Positions 22,949 through 31,184 of a stretch of 32,518 nucleotides of DNA are shown here, piece by piece. Every line of letters starts with the position of its first letter. Within the stretch, counting starts at the first letter, position 1. Under the pieces are notes generated by a model that was given only the letters and a program-made list of their open reading frames with translations, made no database searches and was not told the DNA's origin. Position numbers and translations under genes: made by a program. The stretch covers positions 1-32,518 of the forward strand of contig JBKPCZ010000027.1 in the NCBI GenBank assembly GCA_046727665.1, given 5' to 3'. This stretch comes from Chloroflexota bacterium (lineage in GTDB: Bacteria > Chloroflexota > Limnocylindria > P2-11E).

Positions 22949-23931
22949 TTCGGCGTCGCGTAGGCGAGGATCGCCGCTGCGATCCCCGCGACCGCCGCGA
23001 TCAGCCAGAAGCGGATCGTCACCTTCTCCTCGGCCCAGCCGATGAGCTCGAAGTGGTTGTGGAGCGGCGACATCCGGAAGATGCGCTTGCCGCGAAGCTT
23101 GAAGCTACCGACTTGCACCACGACCGAGACGGTCTCGGCGACGAAGATCACTCCCAGCACCGGAAGCAGGAGAACGAATCCGGTCGTGAGCGCGATCGTG
23201 GCGAGCGTCGCGCCGAGCGCGAGCGCTCCCGTGTCGCCCATGATCACCTCCGCCGGATGCACGTTGAACCAGAGGAAGGCGAGGATCCCGCCGACCATCG
23301 CGGCGCAGAACACGACGAGCCAGGGGAACTCGCGCGCGGCGGCGATGAACGCGATCGAGAGGAAGGCGAACACCGCGGTCCCGCCCGCCAGACCGTCCAT
23401 GCCGTCGGTGAGATTCACGCCGTTCGACATCGCGACGATCGTGAAGAGCGCGAGCGCGACGAAGAGCGCGCTGCCGATCTCGAGCTCGCCGATAAGGGGG
23501 ACGTAGATGCCGGTGATGCCGAAGTGCCGTTGGATGTAGATACCGGCGACGAGGCCAACGATGACCTGCCAGACGAGCTTGTGACGGCCGCGGATGCCGA
23601 AGCCGTACCGCACGTTGACGAGGTCATCGATCGCTCCGAGCACGCCGACGGCGATGAGCGTCCCGATCGGGACGATGGTCTGCGGGATGAAGTCATCGCG
23701 CTCCGTCTGAGGGAGGAGGAGCAACACGAACAGCCACAGCGCGAACGTGACCCCGATGAAGAGCACGCCGCCCATCGTCGGAATGCCTTGTTTGACGTAA
23801 TGCGTCTGCGGACCCTCGGGTCGGATGTTCTGCCCGATCCGGAATCGCCGCAGCGCGCGGATGTACGGCGCGCCGAGGACGAGGCCGAGAAGGAACGCCG
23901 AGAGGAGCACACCGAGCGCGAGGATCTCCAC
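22945..23931 (-). CDS. mraY: Phospho-N-acetylmuramoyl-pentapeptide-transferase
   Basis: 328 aa, GTG start 23931 directly abutting the murF TAG. Motifs: KQGIPTMGGVLFI, GAIDDLVNV, VNLTDGMDGLAGG, GDTGALALG, SPLHNHFEL. Confidence 0.95.
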   Translation of the reverse strand: MEILALGVLLSAFLLGLVLGAPYIRALRRFRIGQNIRPEGPQTHYVKQGIPTMGGVLFIGVTFALWLFVLLLLPQTERDDFIPQTIVPIGTLIAVGVLGAIDDLVNVRYGFGIRGRHKLVWQVIVGLVAGIYIQRHFGITGIYVPLIGELEIGSALFVALALFTIVAMSNGVNLTDGMDGLAGGTAVFAFLSIAFIAAAREFPWLVVFCAAMVGGILAFLWFNVHPAEVIMGDTGALALGATLATIALTTGFVLLLPVLGVIFVAETVSVVVQVGSFKLRGKRIFRMSPLHNHFELIGWAEEKVTIRFWLIAAVAGIAAAILAYATPK

Positions 23932-25305
23932 CTAGACGGCGACCGCGCGCACCAGCGTCTCGGCCAACCGATCGAGGGCGAGCGAATGCGAGCCCTTCAC
24001 CAGGATCGTGTCGCCGGGCTTCTGCGCGCGCCGCAGCAGGACGAGCGCCTCGCCCGGCTCGCTCGCCCAGTACGCCTCCGCCAGCCCCGCGGCGCGCGCC
24101 GCATCAACGGCGGTGCGTGCGAGCTCGCCGATACCGATGAGGACATCCGTGCTCCGCGCGGCGTCCTTGCCGACCGCGTCGTGCGCGTCGGCGGAGAACG
24201 GACCGAGCTCGAGCATGTCGCCGAGCACCGCGATGCGACGACCCCTGACCTCACGAAGGACCGCGAGCGCGGCGTGCACGGCGGCGGGGCTCGCGTTGTA
24301 GCTGTCATCGATGACCGTGACGCCGGGGCCGCGGCGCACCTCCATGCGGTGCGCGGGCTGCTCGATCGTCCCCAGCGCCACCGCGGCCTCCTCCAGCGGA
24401 ACGCCGAGCGCGTGCGCGGCGCCGAGCGCCGCGAGCGCGGCCGGCACGAGCTGGCGGCCGGGGATCGGCAGCGCGACCGGGACTCGCTCGCCCTCGTACG
24501 CGGCGGTGAAACGTAACCCGGCGAGGCCTTCGGCCCGCACATCGACGGCGCGCAGCTGTGCCTCATCGCTCTCGCCGAAGAGCACGACGCGCGCGCGAGT
24601 TCGCGACGCGAGCGCGCGGACACGCGGGCTGTCGGCGTTGAGCAGTGCCACGCCATCGTCAGGAAGCGACTCGATGAGCTCGGCTTTTCCCGCGGCGATC
24701 GCCTCGACGCTCGGCGTCCGGGCGAAGTGCACCGGCACCGCGGGGATCTCGGTGATGATCCCGATCAGCGGACGCACCAGCCGGCACAGGTCCGCGATCT
24801 CGCCGGGGACGTAGAAGCCGAGCTCGATCACGGCGACCTCGTGCGTGGGCTCGAGGCGAAGGAACGTGAGCGGCACGCCGATCTCGTTGTTGAACGATGC
24901 CGCGGTGCGCAGGACGCGGTAGCGCGCACCGAGCGCGGCGGCGGTGGCCTCTTTCGTCGTCGTCTTGCCGACGTTCCCGGTGATGCCGACCGCGGGGATC
25001 GGATACGCGTCGCGGAGCGTGTCGGCCAGCCGGCGCAGCGCATGGAGCGGCTGCGAGACCTGGACGAGCAGCGCGTCCGCCGGGACGTCCACGGGTCGTT
25101 CCACGACCGCTGCGCCCGCGCCGCGCGCGAGTGCATCGGCCACGAAGTCATGGCCGTCGCGCTGGTCGCGAAGCGCGAAGAACACCTCGCCGGGCTCGAC
25201 GATGCGTGAATCGAACGCGCCGCCGACGAATCGCTCGTCCCCGCGGGCCGCACCCTGCAGCACACGCCCGCCGGTCGCGGCCAGCAACTGTTCGAGCGTG
25301 AACAC
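23932..25305 (-). CDS. murF: UDP-N-acetylmuramoyl-tripeptide--D-alanyl-D-alanine ligase
   Basis: ORF 23932..25839 trimmed to GTG 25305, 20 nt after the ftsI stop. Motifs: VFTLEQLLAATGG, GITGNVGKTTTKE, FNNEIGVPLT, DDSYNASPAA, LGDMLELG, LVKGSHSLALD. These are MurF rather than MurE signatures. Confidence 0.92.
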   Translation of the reverse strand: MFTLEQLLAATGGRVLQGAARGDERFVGGAFDSRIVEPGEVFFALRDQRDGHDFVADALARGAGAAVVERPVDVPADALLVQVSQPLHALRRLADTLRDAYPIPAVGITGNVGKTTTKEATAAALGARYRVLRTAASFNNEIGVPLTFLRLEPTHEVAVIELGFYVPGEIADLCRLVRPLIGIITEIPAVPVHFARTPSVEAIAAGKAELIESLPDDGVALLNADSPRVRALASRTRARVVLFGESDEAQLRAVDVRAEGLAGLRFTAAYEGERVPVALPIPGRQLVPAALAALGAAHALGVPLEEAAVALGTIEQPAHRMEVRRGPGVTVIDDSYNASPAAVHAALAVLREVRGRRIAVLGDMLELGPFSADAHDAVGKDAARSTDVLIGIGELARTAVDAARAAGLAEAYWASEPGEALVLLRRAQKPGDTILVKGSHSLALDRLAETLVRAVAV

Positions 25306-25325
25306 CAGCGAATGGTACCGACCGA

Positions 25326-27008
25326 TCAGGGCCGGTCCGGCTGCACGCGCGCGTTCCTGAGCACGTCGAGCCCGAGGTCGTGGAACGCGTCCATCGCGGT
25401 CACCGTGCCGAGCAGCTTCGTCTGCGGGCGCTCGAGGACGATGACCGCGACGAAGCGCGGATCGCTCGCGGGCGCGAAACCCGCGAACGACGAGATGTAC
25501 GCGTCGTCGACGTAGCGACCGTCGTCGCTCGGGATCTGCGCGGTACCGGTCTTCCCGGCCACGCTGTAGCCCGCCAGGGTCGCGCCGTGTGCGATGCCCT
25601 TGTCGACCGTGGACACGAGCATCGTGCGGAGCGTGTCGGCCGTGCTCGCCGTGATCGGGCTGCGGACGGCGACGGGAGCGGTGCGGTGCTCCCCCTCCGC
25701 GTCGCGCGTCGCCGCCACCACATACGGCCGGTAGAGCGTGCCGCCGTTCGCGATCGCCGCGTATGCCATCGCGAGCTGCAGCGGCGTCACCGCGATGCCC
25801 TGACCGAACGCGATCGTTCCGACATCCACGGGATACCACTCAGCGAGCGGGCGCACCGCGCCCGACGCTTCGGACGCGAGGTCGATCCCGGTCGGATCGC
25901 CGAAGCCGAATGCGCGGAGGTACTGATAGAGCGGATCCTGACCGAGCTTCGACGCGACGAACACCGCGCCCGCGTTCGCGGAGCGCTCGAGGATCTGCGT
26001 GACCGTGGTCGTCCCGTACACCTTGCCTTGCGCGTTGCACAGACGGCGGCCACCGATGACGGTGCAGCCCTTGTCCTCGTACGTCGTGGCCGGCGTGACG
26101 ACGCGCGTGTCGATGCCCGCCGCGATCGTGACCGCCTTCATCGTCGAGCCGGGCTCGAAGGCCCAGGAGACGGCGCGGTCCTGCAGCGATAGCGGGTCGG
26201 CCACGGCGACGCGTGCCGGATCGAAGGTCGGCCACGACGCCAGCGCGAGGATCGCTCCGTCGCGCGGATCCAGGACGATCACCGATCCGCTCGCCGCCTT
26301 CTCGCGCTCGATCGCCCGACGCAGCTCGCGCTCGGCCGCGGTCTGCACGACGAGATCGATGGTGAGCACGAGATCGGAACCGTTCTTCGGTGGCACCACC
26401 GTGCGCAGTCCCAGCGCGAGCTCGCGGTCCTTCGGATCACGCTCGACCACGAGCCGGCCCGGAGTGCCGCGCAGCACTCTGTCGTACGCGCCTTCCACCC
26501 CGTACTGGCCGATCCCGTCGTCGTTCACGAACCCGAGCACGTGCGCCGCGAGCGCGTCGTTCGGATACAGCCGCTTCGGCTCCGGCTCGAAGCCGAGCCC
26601 GGGGATCGCCAGCGCCTCGACCGCGCGCGCGACGGGCTCAGGCAGCCGTCGCTTGAGATATAGCCAGTCCGCGCCCGAATCGAGGGCCGCGCGGATCGTG
26701 GTCGCCGGCGTCGCCAGGATCGGCGCGAGCTTCGCGGCCGCGTCGGCGCGGTCCGGGATGCGCTTCGGGATGGCGTAGAGCGAGCGCAGATCGACGGTAG
26801 TCGCGAGGACCGCACCACTCCGATCGCGGATCACACCTCGCTGGGCCTCGAGAGCGAACTCGCTTCGCAGCTGATCGGTGGCGGCCTCCAGCAAGGTGCT
26901 CCGACCCAGCGTCTGCCAGTAGCCGACGCGGAGCGAGAGCAATAGCGTCGCGACGGCGAAGAGCGCGAACAGCACGCGGAGACGGCGCGGCGAGATCCCT
27001 TCCGTCAC
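25326..27008 (-). CDS. ftsI: Penicillin-binding protein 2B/FtsI (class B transpeptidase)
   Basis: 560 aa. It has an N-terminal TM helix (LRVLFALFAVATLLLSL) and a PBP dimerisation domain. The transpeptidase motifs are STMK, SAN and KTGTA. GTG start 27008, with GGAGG 5 nt upstream. Confidence 0.93.
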   Translation of the reverse strand: MTEGISPRRLRVLFALFAVATLLLSLRVGYWQTLGRSTLLEAATDQLRSEFALEAQRGVIRDRSGAVLATTVDLRSLYAIPKRIPDRADAAAKLAPILATPATTIRAALDSGADWLYLKRRLPEPVARAVEALAIPGLGFEPEPKRLYPNDALAAHVLGFVNDDGIGQYGVEGAYDRVLRGTPGRLVVERDPKDRELALGLRTVVPPKNGSDLVLTIDLVVQTAAERELRRAIEREKAASGSVIVLDPRDGAILALASWPTFDPARVAVADPLSLQDRAVSWAFEPGSTMKAVTIAAGIDTRVVTPATTYEDKGCTVIGGRRLCNAQGKVYGTTTVTQILERSANAGAVFVASKLGQDPLYQYLRAFGFGDPTGIDLASEASGAVRPLAEWYPVDVGTIAFGQGIAVTPLQLAMAYAAIANGGTLYRPYVVAATRDAEGEHRTAPVAVRSPITASTADTLRTMLVSTVDKGIAHGATLAGYSVAGKTGTAQIPSDDGRYVDDAYISSFAGFAPASDPRFVAVIVLERPQTKLLGTVTAMDAFHDLGLDVLRNARVQPDRP

Positions 27009-27063
27009 TCTTCCTCCGTCTCCGTGATGAGGCGCTCGCTCCCCAGCAGCGCCTCGTGCGACG

Positions 27064-27420
27064 TCAGCGCTTCGCGGCGATCGGCTCCGCTTGAACGACC
27101 GGAACTGCGGCGGCGCGCACCAGGCCGAGGCGCCTCGCCTCGGCTTCGATGCGCGCGGGGGAATCGAGTCGCGCGCTCTCCACCTCGAGGAGGGCGTTCT
27201 GGCGGCGCAGCTCGTCGCGCACGCTCTCGAGGCGCTGCGTCTCGTAGCCGCGCGTCGCGACCGATGTCGCTTGGGCCAGGTAGAGGACGACCAGAAGGAA
27301 CACGGCGCAGATCGCCGCCGATACGACGACGAAGGTGCGCACTTCCCACGTGGTGCCGGCGCTCTGTCGGCGGCGCGGCACGGCGTGCGCGCGGGCGCGC
27401 GTCGGAAAGGGGCGGCGCAC
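27064..27420 (-). CDS. ftsL: Cell division protein FtsL-like (single TM + coiled coil)
   Basis: 118 aa. A basic N-terminus is followed by the TM helix TFVVVSAAICAVFLLVVLYLA and then a coiled-coil-like segment YETQRLESVRDELRRQNALLEVESARL...RIEAEARRLGL. It occupies the canonical position between rsmH and ftsI. Confidence 0.75.
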   Translation of the reverse strand: MRRPFPTRARAHAVPRRRQSAGTTWEVRTFVVVSAAICAVFLLVVLYLAQATSVATRGYETQRLESVRDELRRQNALLEVESARLDSPARIEAEARRLGLVRAAAVPVVQAEPIAAKR

Positions 27421-27449
27421 CGGCGCCGCCCTGACCGCTTGAGCGGCGA

Positions 27450-28370
27450 TCAGGAGATCTTCTCCGCGATCCGGAGGACTGCGCTGCGGGCGCGCGGGTT
27501 GCGTGCGACCTCCGCCGAGTCCGCACGAAGCGGACGCCGGGTAACGACACGCAAGCCCGCGCGATGCCCGCAGACGCAGGTGGGGAGGTGGGGAGGACAG
27601 ATGCAGTCGCGCGATTCCCGGACGAAGAACTGTTTCGTGATCCGGTCCTCGAGCGAGTGGAAGGAGATGACGGCGAGACGCCCGCCGGGGCGAAGGACGC
27701 GAACCGCGGCCTCGAGGCCCCGCTGCAGATTTTCGAGCTCGCGGTTGACGGCGATGCGCAGCGCCTGGAACACGCGCGTCGCGGGATCGATCCCGCGGCG
27801 CCGCTGCGTCTTGACGCCCGCGACGAAGCGACCAAGGTCGTCGGCCGTGATGAACGGCTCGCGCACGCGACGACGCACGATCGCGGCCGCGACGCGACCC
27901 GCCTCGGTCTCCTCGCCGAGCTCGCCGAACGCGCGGCGCAGCTCGCGCTCGTCCCAGCTGTTCACGATGTCGGCCGCCGTGACGCTGAGGTCCGGGTCGG
28001 CGCGCATGTCCAGTGGTCCTTCCGCGCGAAAGCTGAAGCCTCGCCGCTCGTCGGCGAGCTGGAGCGAGGAGAGCCCGAGGTCGAGAAGGACGCCGTCGAG
28101 CGGCGTGACGCCGAGGCGAGTCGCCACGACGTCGAGAAGCGCGAAGTTGGAGCGGACCAGGACGGCGCGCTCGCCGAAACGTGCGAGAACACGACGGGCT
28201 TCCTCGAGCGCCGCGGGGTCGACGTCCAGGCCGACGAGCCTCCCGCTCGGACCGGTGCGCTCGAGGATGGCCTCGGCGTGACCGCCGGCGCCGACCGTGC
28301 CGTCGAGAAAGCGGCCACCTTCGCGGGGATCAAGCTGGGCGAGTACTTCGGCCAGGAGAACCGGCTCATG
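27450..28370 (-). CDS. rsmH: 16S rRNA (cytosine1402-N4)-methyltransferase RsmH (5' end / start codon unresolved)
   Basis: The frame from 28370 reads HEPVLLAEVLAQLDPREGGRFLDGTVGAGGHAEAILE...VISFHSLEDRITKQFF..., which is classical RsmH. No ATG, GTG or TTG occurs in frame between the mraZ stop (28405) and the conserved HxPVLL. The 423-aa track ORF would overlap mraZ by about 300 nt. Confidence 0.88.
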   Translation of the reverse strand, partial: HEPVLLAEVLAQLDPREGGRFLDGTVGAGGHAEAILERTGPSGRLVGLDVDPAALEEARRVLARFGERAVLVRSNFALLDVVATRLGVTPLDGVLLDLGLSSLQLADERRGFSFRAEGPLDMRADPDLSVTAADIVNSWDERELRRAFGELGEETEAGRVAAAIVRRRVREPFITADDLGRFVAGVKTQRRRGIDPATRVFQALRIAVNRELENLQRGLEAAVRVLRPGGRLAVISFHSLEDRITKQFFVRESRDCICPPHLPTCVCGHRAGLRVVTRRPLRADSAEVARNPRARSAVLRIAEKIS

Positions 28371-28404
28371 AAGCCTCCCATCACCACCAGCTGGAGTTCC
28401 ACGG

Positions 28405-28842
28405 CTAGATCCCGAGGTCCGCGAGGTCGTCTGCGATCTCGCTCTGGACGCGCGCGAGGTTGCTCCGCCAGGCGCCCGGCTCCCAGACCTCGAGGTGGTC
28501 GGAGTTGCCGATGACGACGGCTTGATCTTTGAGTCCGGCGTAATCGCGGAGGTGCGCCGGGATGGTGAGACGCCCTTGCGCGTCCGGGTCCGCTTCATGT
28601 GCTCCTGCAAGGATGAAGTGCCGGAAGCGGGTCGCCTTGGGATCGGTGCGTGGACGCCGCGTGATATCGGTGTTGAGGGCCACCCACTCCGACTCGGGGA
28701 ACACCGCGAGGCATTCCCCACCGCTCACCCAACGCGTCACGACCGCTCCCTCTTTGAAGCGCGCGCGGAACTTCGCCGGGATGGCGAGACGTCCTTTGTC
28801 GTCGAGCGCATGGGCGAATTCGCCCGCGAAGAAACCTTCCAA
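28405..28842 (-). CDS. mraZ: Transcriptional regulator MraZ
   Basis: 145 aa, TTG start 28842. Two SpoVT/AbrB-like repeats carry DDKGRLAIPAKFR and DAQGRLTIPAHLR. Confidence 0.93.
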   Translation of the reverse strand: MEGFFAGEFAHALDDKGRLAIPAKFRARFKEGAVVTRWVSGGECLAVFPESEWVALNTDITRRPRTDPKATRFRHFILAGAHEADPDAQGRLTIPAHLRDYAGLKDQAVVIGNSDHLEVWEPGAWRSNLARVQSEIADDLADLGI

Positions 28843-28869
28843 CTACCCTTCTCGTCCTGGGGGAGGATG

Positions 28870-28916
28870 CCCCACCCTTCCCCACTACTCACCACGCCGT
28901 GGGCATTCTCCACCAC
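28870..28916 (-). promoter_or_regulatory. MraZ operator: phased GTGG(G/T)G direct repeats
   Basis: On the minus strand GTGGTG (28895..28890), GTGGGG (28885..28880) and GTGGGG (28875..28870) are spaced exactly 10 bp apart. A fourth GTGGTG lies at 28916..28911. The proximal repeat ends 27 nt upstream of the mraZ start. This matches the known GTGGG-type MraZ box arrangement. Confidence 0.65.
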
Positions 28917-28932
28917 TTCGACGCCATGTCAA
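28905..28932 (-). promoter_or_regulatory. Candidate sigma-70-type dcw promoter (Pmra)
   Basis: On the minus strand TTGACA (28932..28927) is followed by a 16-nt spacer and GAGAAT (28910..28905). The phased MraZ boxes start just downstream. Confidence 0.5.
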
Positions 28933-29012
28933 GGGCCGAATCTGATCCGCCACACCGCTGAGACAGCGGCGCGAGACTGCGGGGACGCAAACAACGAGAG
29001 AGGAACAGAGAC

Positions 29013-29110
29013 GGCGGGCACGTCGCGAGCGAGAGTTGAGCCCGCGGTGACGAGGCGACGACCAAGGAATGGGCCGAGCGGGCGAGTTTCGAGCGAGCGA
29101 CGCGCCCGCC
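29013..29110 (-). repeat. Structured GC-rich intergenic repeat, core form (copy B), downstream of the DinB-like gene
   Basis: Blocks 29023..29048 (26 nt) and 29076..29100 (25 nt) are identical to blocks in copy A. The 14-bp outer stem pairs 29013..29026 with 29097..29110, with a single A-C mismatch that becomes U-G on the minus-strand RNA. The inner stem GCCCGC/GCGGGC is also present. Confidence 0.85.
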
Positions 29111-29136
29111 GGCTCTCGCTAAGGGGCGGCGGGACG

Positions 29137-29655
29137 CTATGTGGGCGAGGGCCTCCACAGATCGATCTCCGGCAGCCCATGCGCCCCGAGGATCTGCGAG
29201 ATCTCTCCGCTGTGGTACGCGTCGTGGGTGAGGATCCGCATGAGCACCGACTGCCGGGTGTGCTTCTGGACCCTGCCGCCGATCTCGCGGGTGAACACGT
29301 CACCCAGCATCGAGCGCGTCCAGCGTTGCAGGCATCCCTCGACGATCCGCCACGACGACTCGAGCGCGTCGACGAGCTCCCCCGCCCCGCGCGGCGTGCT
29401 CTCGTCGTCCTCCCAGCCGATGCCGCTGAGAGGATCGGTGAACGGGGTCGTCTCCGCGCCTGGCTCCTTGAAGACGCCGCAGAGCCAATAGACGCGCCCG
29501 CCCGCGGTGTGAGCGGCGATCGCCCAGATCGGCCAGTTGCTCTCTGAGGCCCTCAGCCCGAGCTGATCGCGAGACAAGGGACGGATCGCGCCGACCAGGC
29601 GGGCGTTGTACGTGCTCCATCCCGCATAGAAAGCCGCGACGCTCTCGTCGGTCAC
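29137..29655 (-). CDS. DinB-family (DinB_2-like) protein
   Basis: 172 aa, GTG start. It follows the four-helix-bundle DinB pattern: YNARLVGAIRPLSRDQL...WPIWAIAAHTAG...LTHDAYHSGEISQILG. Confidence 0.7.
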   Translation of the reverse strand: MTDESVAAFYAGWSTYNARLVGAIRPLSRDQLGLRASESNWPIWAIAAHTAGGRVYWLCGVFKEPGAETTPFTDPLSGIGWEDDESTPRGAGELVDALESSWRIVEGCLQRWTRSMLGDVFTREIGGRVQKHTRQSVLMRILTHDAYHSGEISQILGAHGLPEIDLWRPSPT

Positions 29656-29673
29656 GACCGCGAGCCTACGCTC

Positions 29674-30099
29674 CTAGGCGAGCGAGGCGCGGACGCGGGC
29701 GGCGATCGCCTCGAGCTTTGGATCGGCCGGCCCGTAGGCGCGCGGGTGCGCATCGGGATAGACGCGCAGCAGTCCGTCGCCGTGGTGTCTTGGGAGGATA
29801 TGGAAGTGCACGTGCGGGACCTCCTGTCCGCCGGCCTCGCCGTTCGACTCCCAGACGTTCATGCCCGGAGGGCGGTATGCGCGGCGGACCGCGCGAGCGA
29901 CGCGGACGGTCGCCCACGCCAGCTCGGCCGCGATATCTCGGTCGAGGAGATCGATCGTCTCGATGTGCGCACGTGGAACGATCAGGATGTGGCCCTCGCT
30001 GGGCTGCCGGATGTCGGCGAAGGCGATGACGCGCTCTTCCTCCAGCACCAAACTCGCCGGCGCCTGCTTCTCCACGATCCGGCAAATGAAGCAGGCCAC
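29674..30099 (-). CDS. HIT family hydrolase
   Basis: ORF 29674..31083 trimmed to GTG 30099, 8 nt after the fabH stop. (M)ACFICRIVEKQAPASLVLEEERVIAFADIRQPSEGHILIVPRAHIE is followed by the histidine triad VPHVHFHILPR. Confidence 0.88.
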   Translation of the reverse strand: MACFICRIVEKQAPASLVLEEERVIAFADIRQPSEGHILIVPRAHIETIDLLDRDIAAELAWATVRVARAVRRAYRPPGMNVWESNGEAGGQEVPHVHFHILPRHHGDGLLRVYPDAHPRAYGPADPKLEAIAARVRASLA

Positions 30100-30107
30100 G
30101 CGTCGCT

Positions 30108-31181
30108 CTAGGCCGGCCGCACCCGGTCGACGACGTCTTCGATCGCGCCGCGCGCACGCTCGAGCGGTCCCGGTGGTCTCACGCCGTCGTGCGCGCCGAA
30201 CCACTCGAGCACCGAGGCACCCCAGGTGAAGCCGCCGCCGAACGCGACCAGGAGCACCTTGTCGCCGCGGCGCAGGCGTCCGGTCGATTCGGCTTCGCAG
30301 ATCGCGATGGGGATCGAGGCTGCCGAGGTGTTGCCGTAGCGCTGGATGTTCACGAACACGCGCTCCATCGGGAAATGAAGACGCTTCGCCACCTGCTCGA
30401 TGATCCGGATGTTCGCCTGATGCGGGACCATCAGCGCGATGTCGTCGAGGCCCAGCCCGGCCTCGGCCAGAGCCTCTTCCGCGGCGTCGGCCATCGACTT
30501 CACCGCGAGCTTGAAGACATCGCCGCCCTGCATCGTGATGAGGTGCTGCCCGCGGTCGAGCGTGTCCTGGCTCGCGGGGATGCGCGCTCCCCCGGCCGGG
30601 ATCATGAGCTTGTCGCCCTGCGATCCGTCGCTGTGCAGGATCACCGACTCGACGCCGACGGATGCGTTGCTCGCTTCGAGCACCACCGCGCCGGCGCCGT
30701 CGCCGAACAGCACGCAGGTCGTGCGGTCCTTCCAGTTCAGGAATCGCGACAGCGTCTCCGCGCCGATGACGAGCGCGTTCTGTATCGCACCCGAAACGAC
30801 CATCCCTCGCGCCACCGCGAGCGCCGAGACGAAGCTCGTGCACGCCGCCTCGATGTCGAACGCCCCGGCCTTCGTCGCGCCCAGCTCGTTCTGGACCATG
30901 CATGCCGTCGCCGGGAAGACGTAGTCCGGCGAACAGGTGCCCACGATGATCATCTGCACGTCCTGCGGTCGCAGCCGCGCGCGGTCGAGTGCGGCGCGTG
31001 CCGCGCGGGTCGACATCGACGACGTCGTCTCGCCATCGGATGCGATGCGGCGCTCGCGGATGCCGGTGCGCGAGGCGATCCACTCATCCGAGGTGTCAAC
31101 GATGCGCTCGAGCTCCGCGTTCGTCATCACGCGCGAAGGCGCGTAGAACCCCCAACCGGTGATGACCGCGTTCTTGGCCAC
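30108..31181 (-). CDS. fabH: Beta-ketoacyl-ACP synthase III
   Basis: 357 aa. N-terminus ITGWGFYAPSRVMTNAELE. The catalytic triad is Cys in DIEAACTSFV, His in VPHQANIRII, and Asn in YGNTSAASIP. GFTWGA is also present. It has a C-terminal extension of about 30 aa. Confidence 0.93.
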   Translation of the reverse strand: MAKNAVITGWGFYAPSRVMTNAELERIVDTSDEWIASRTGIRERRIASDGETTSSMSTRAARAALDRARLRPQDVQMIIVGTCSPDYVFPATACMVQNELGATKAGAFDIEAACTSFVSALAVARGMVVSGAIQNALVIGAETLSRFLNWKDRTTCVLFGDGAGAVVLEASNASVGVESVILHSDGSQGDKLMIPAGGARIPASQDTLDRGQHLITMQGGDVFKLAVKSMADAAEEALAEAGLGLDDIALMVPHQANIRIIEQVAKRLHFPMERVFVNIQRYGNTSAASIPIAICEAESTGRLRRGDKVLLVAFGGGFTWGASVLEWFGAHDGVRPPGPLERARGAIEDVVDRVRPA

Positions 31182-31184
31182 TTT

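Noticed and set aside
27962-28402. 146-aa minus-strand ORF starting at an SD-preceded ATG just after mraZ.
   Set aside because: Its translation is Ser/Pro/Arg/Ala-rich with no motifs and lies off-frame over a clear RsmH body. It is relevant only as evidence for the rsmH start anomaly.
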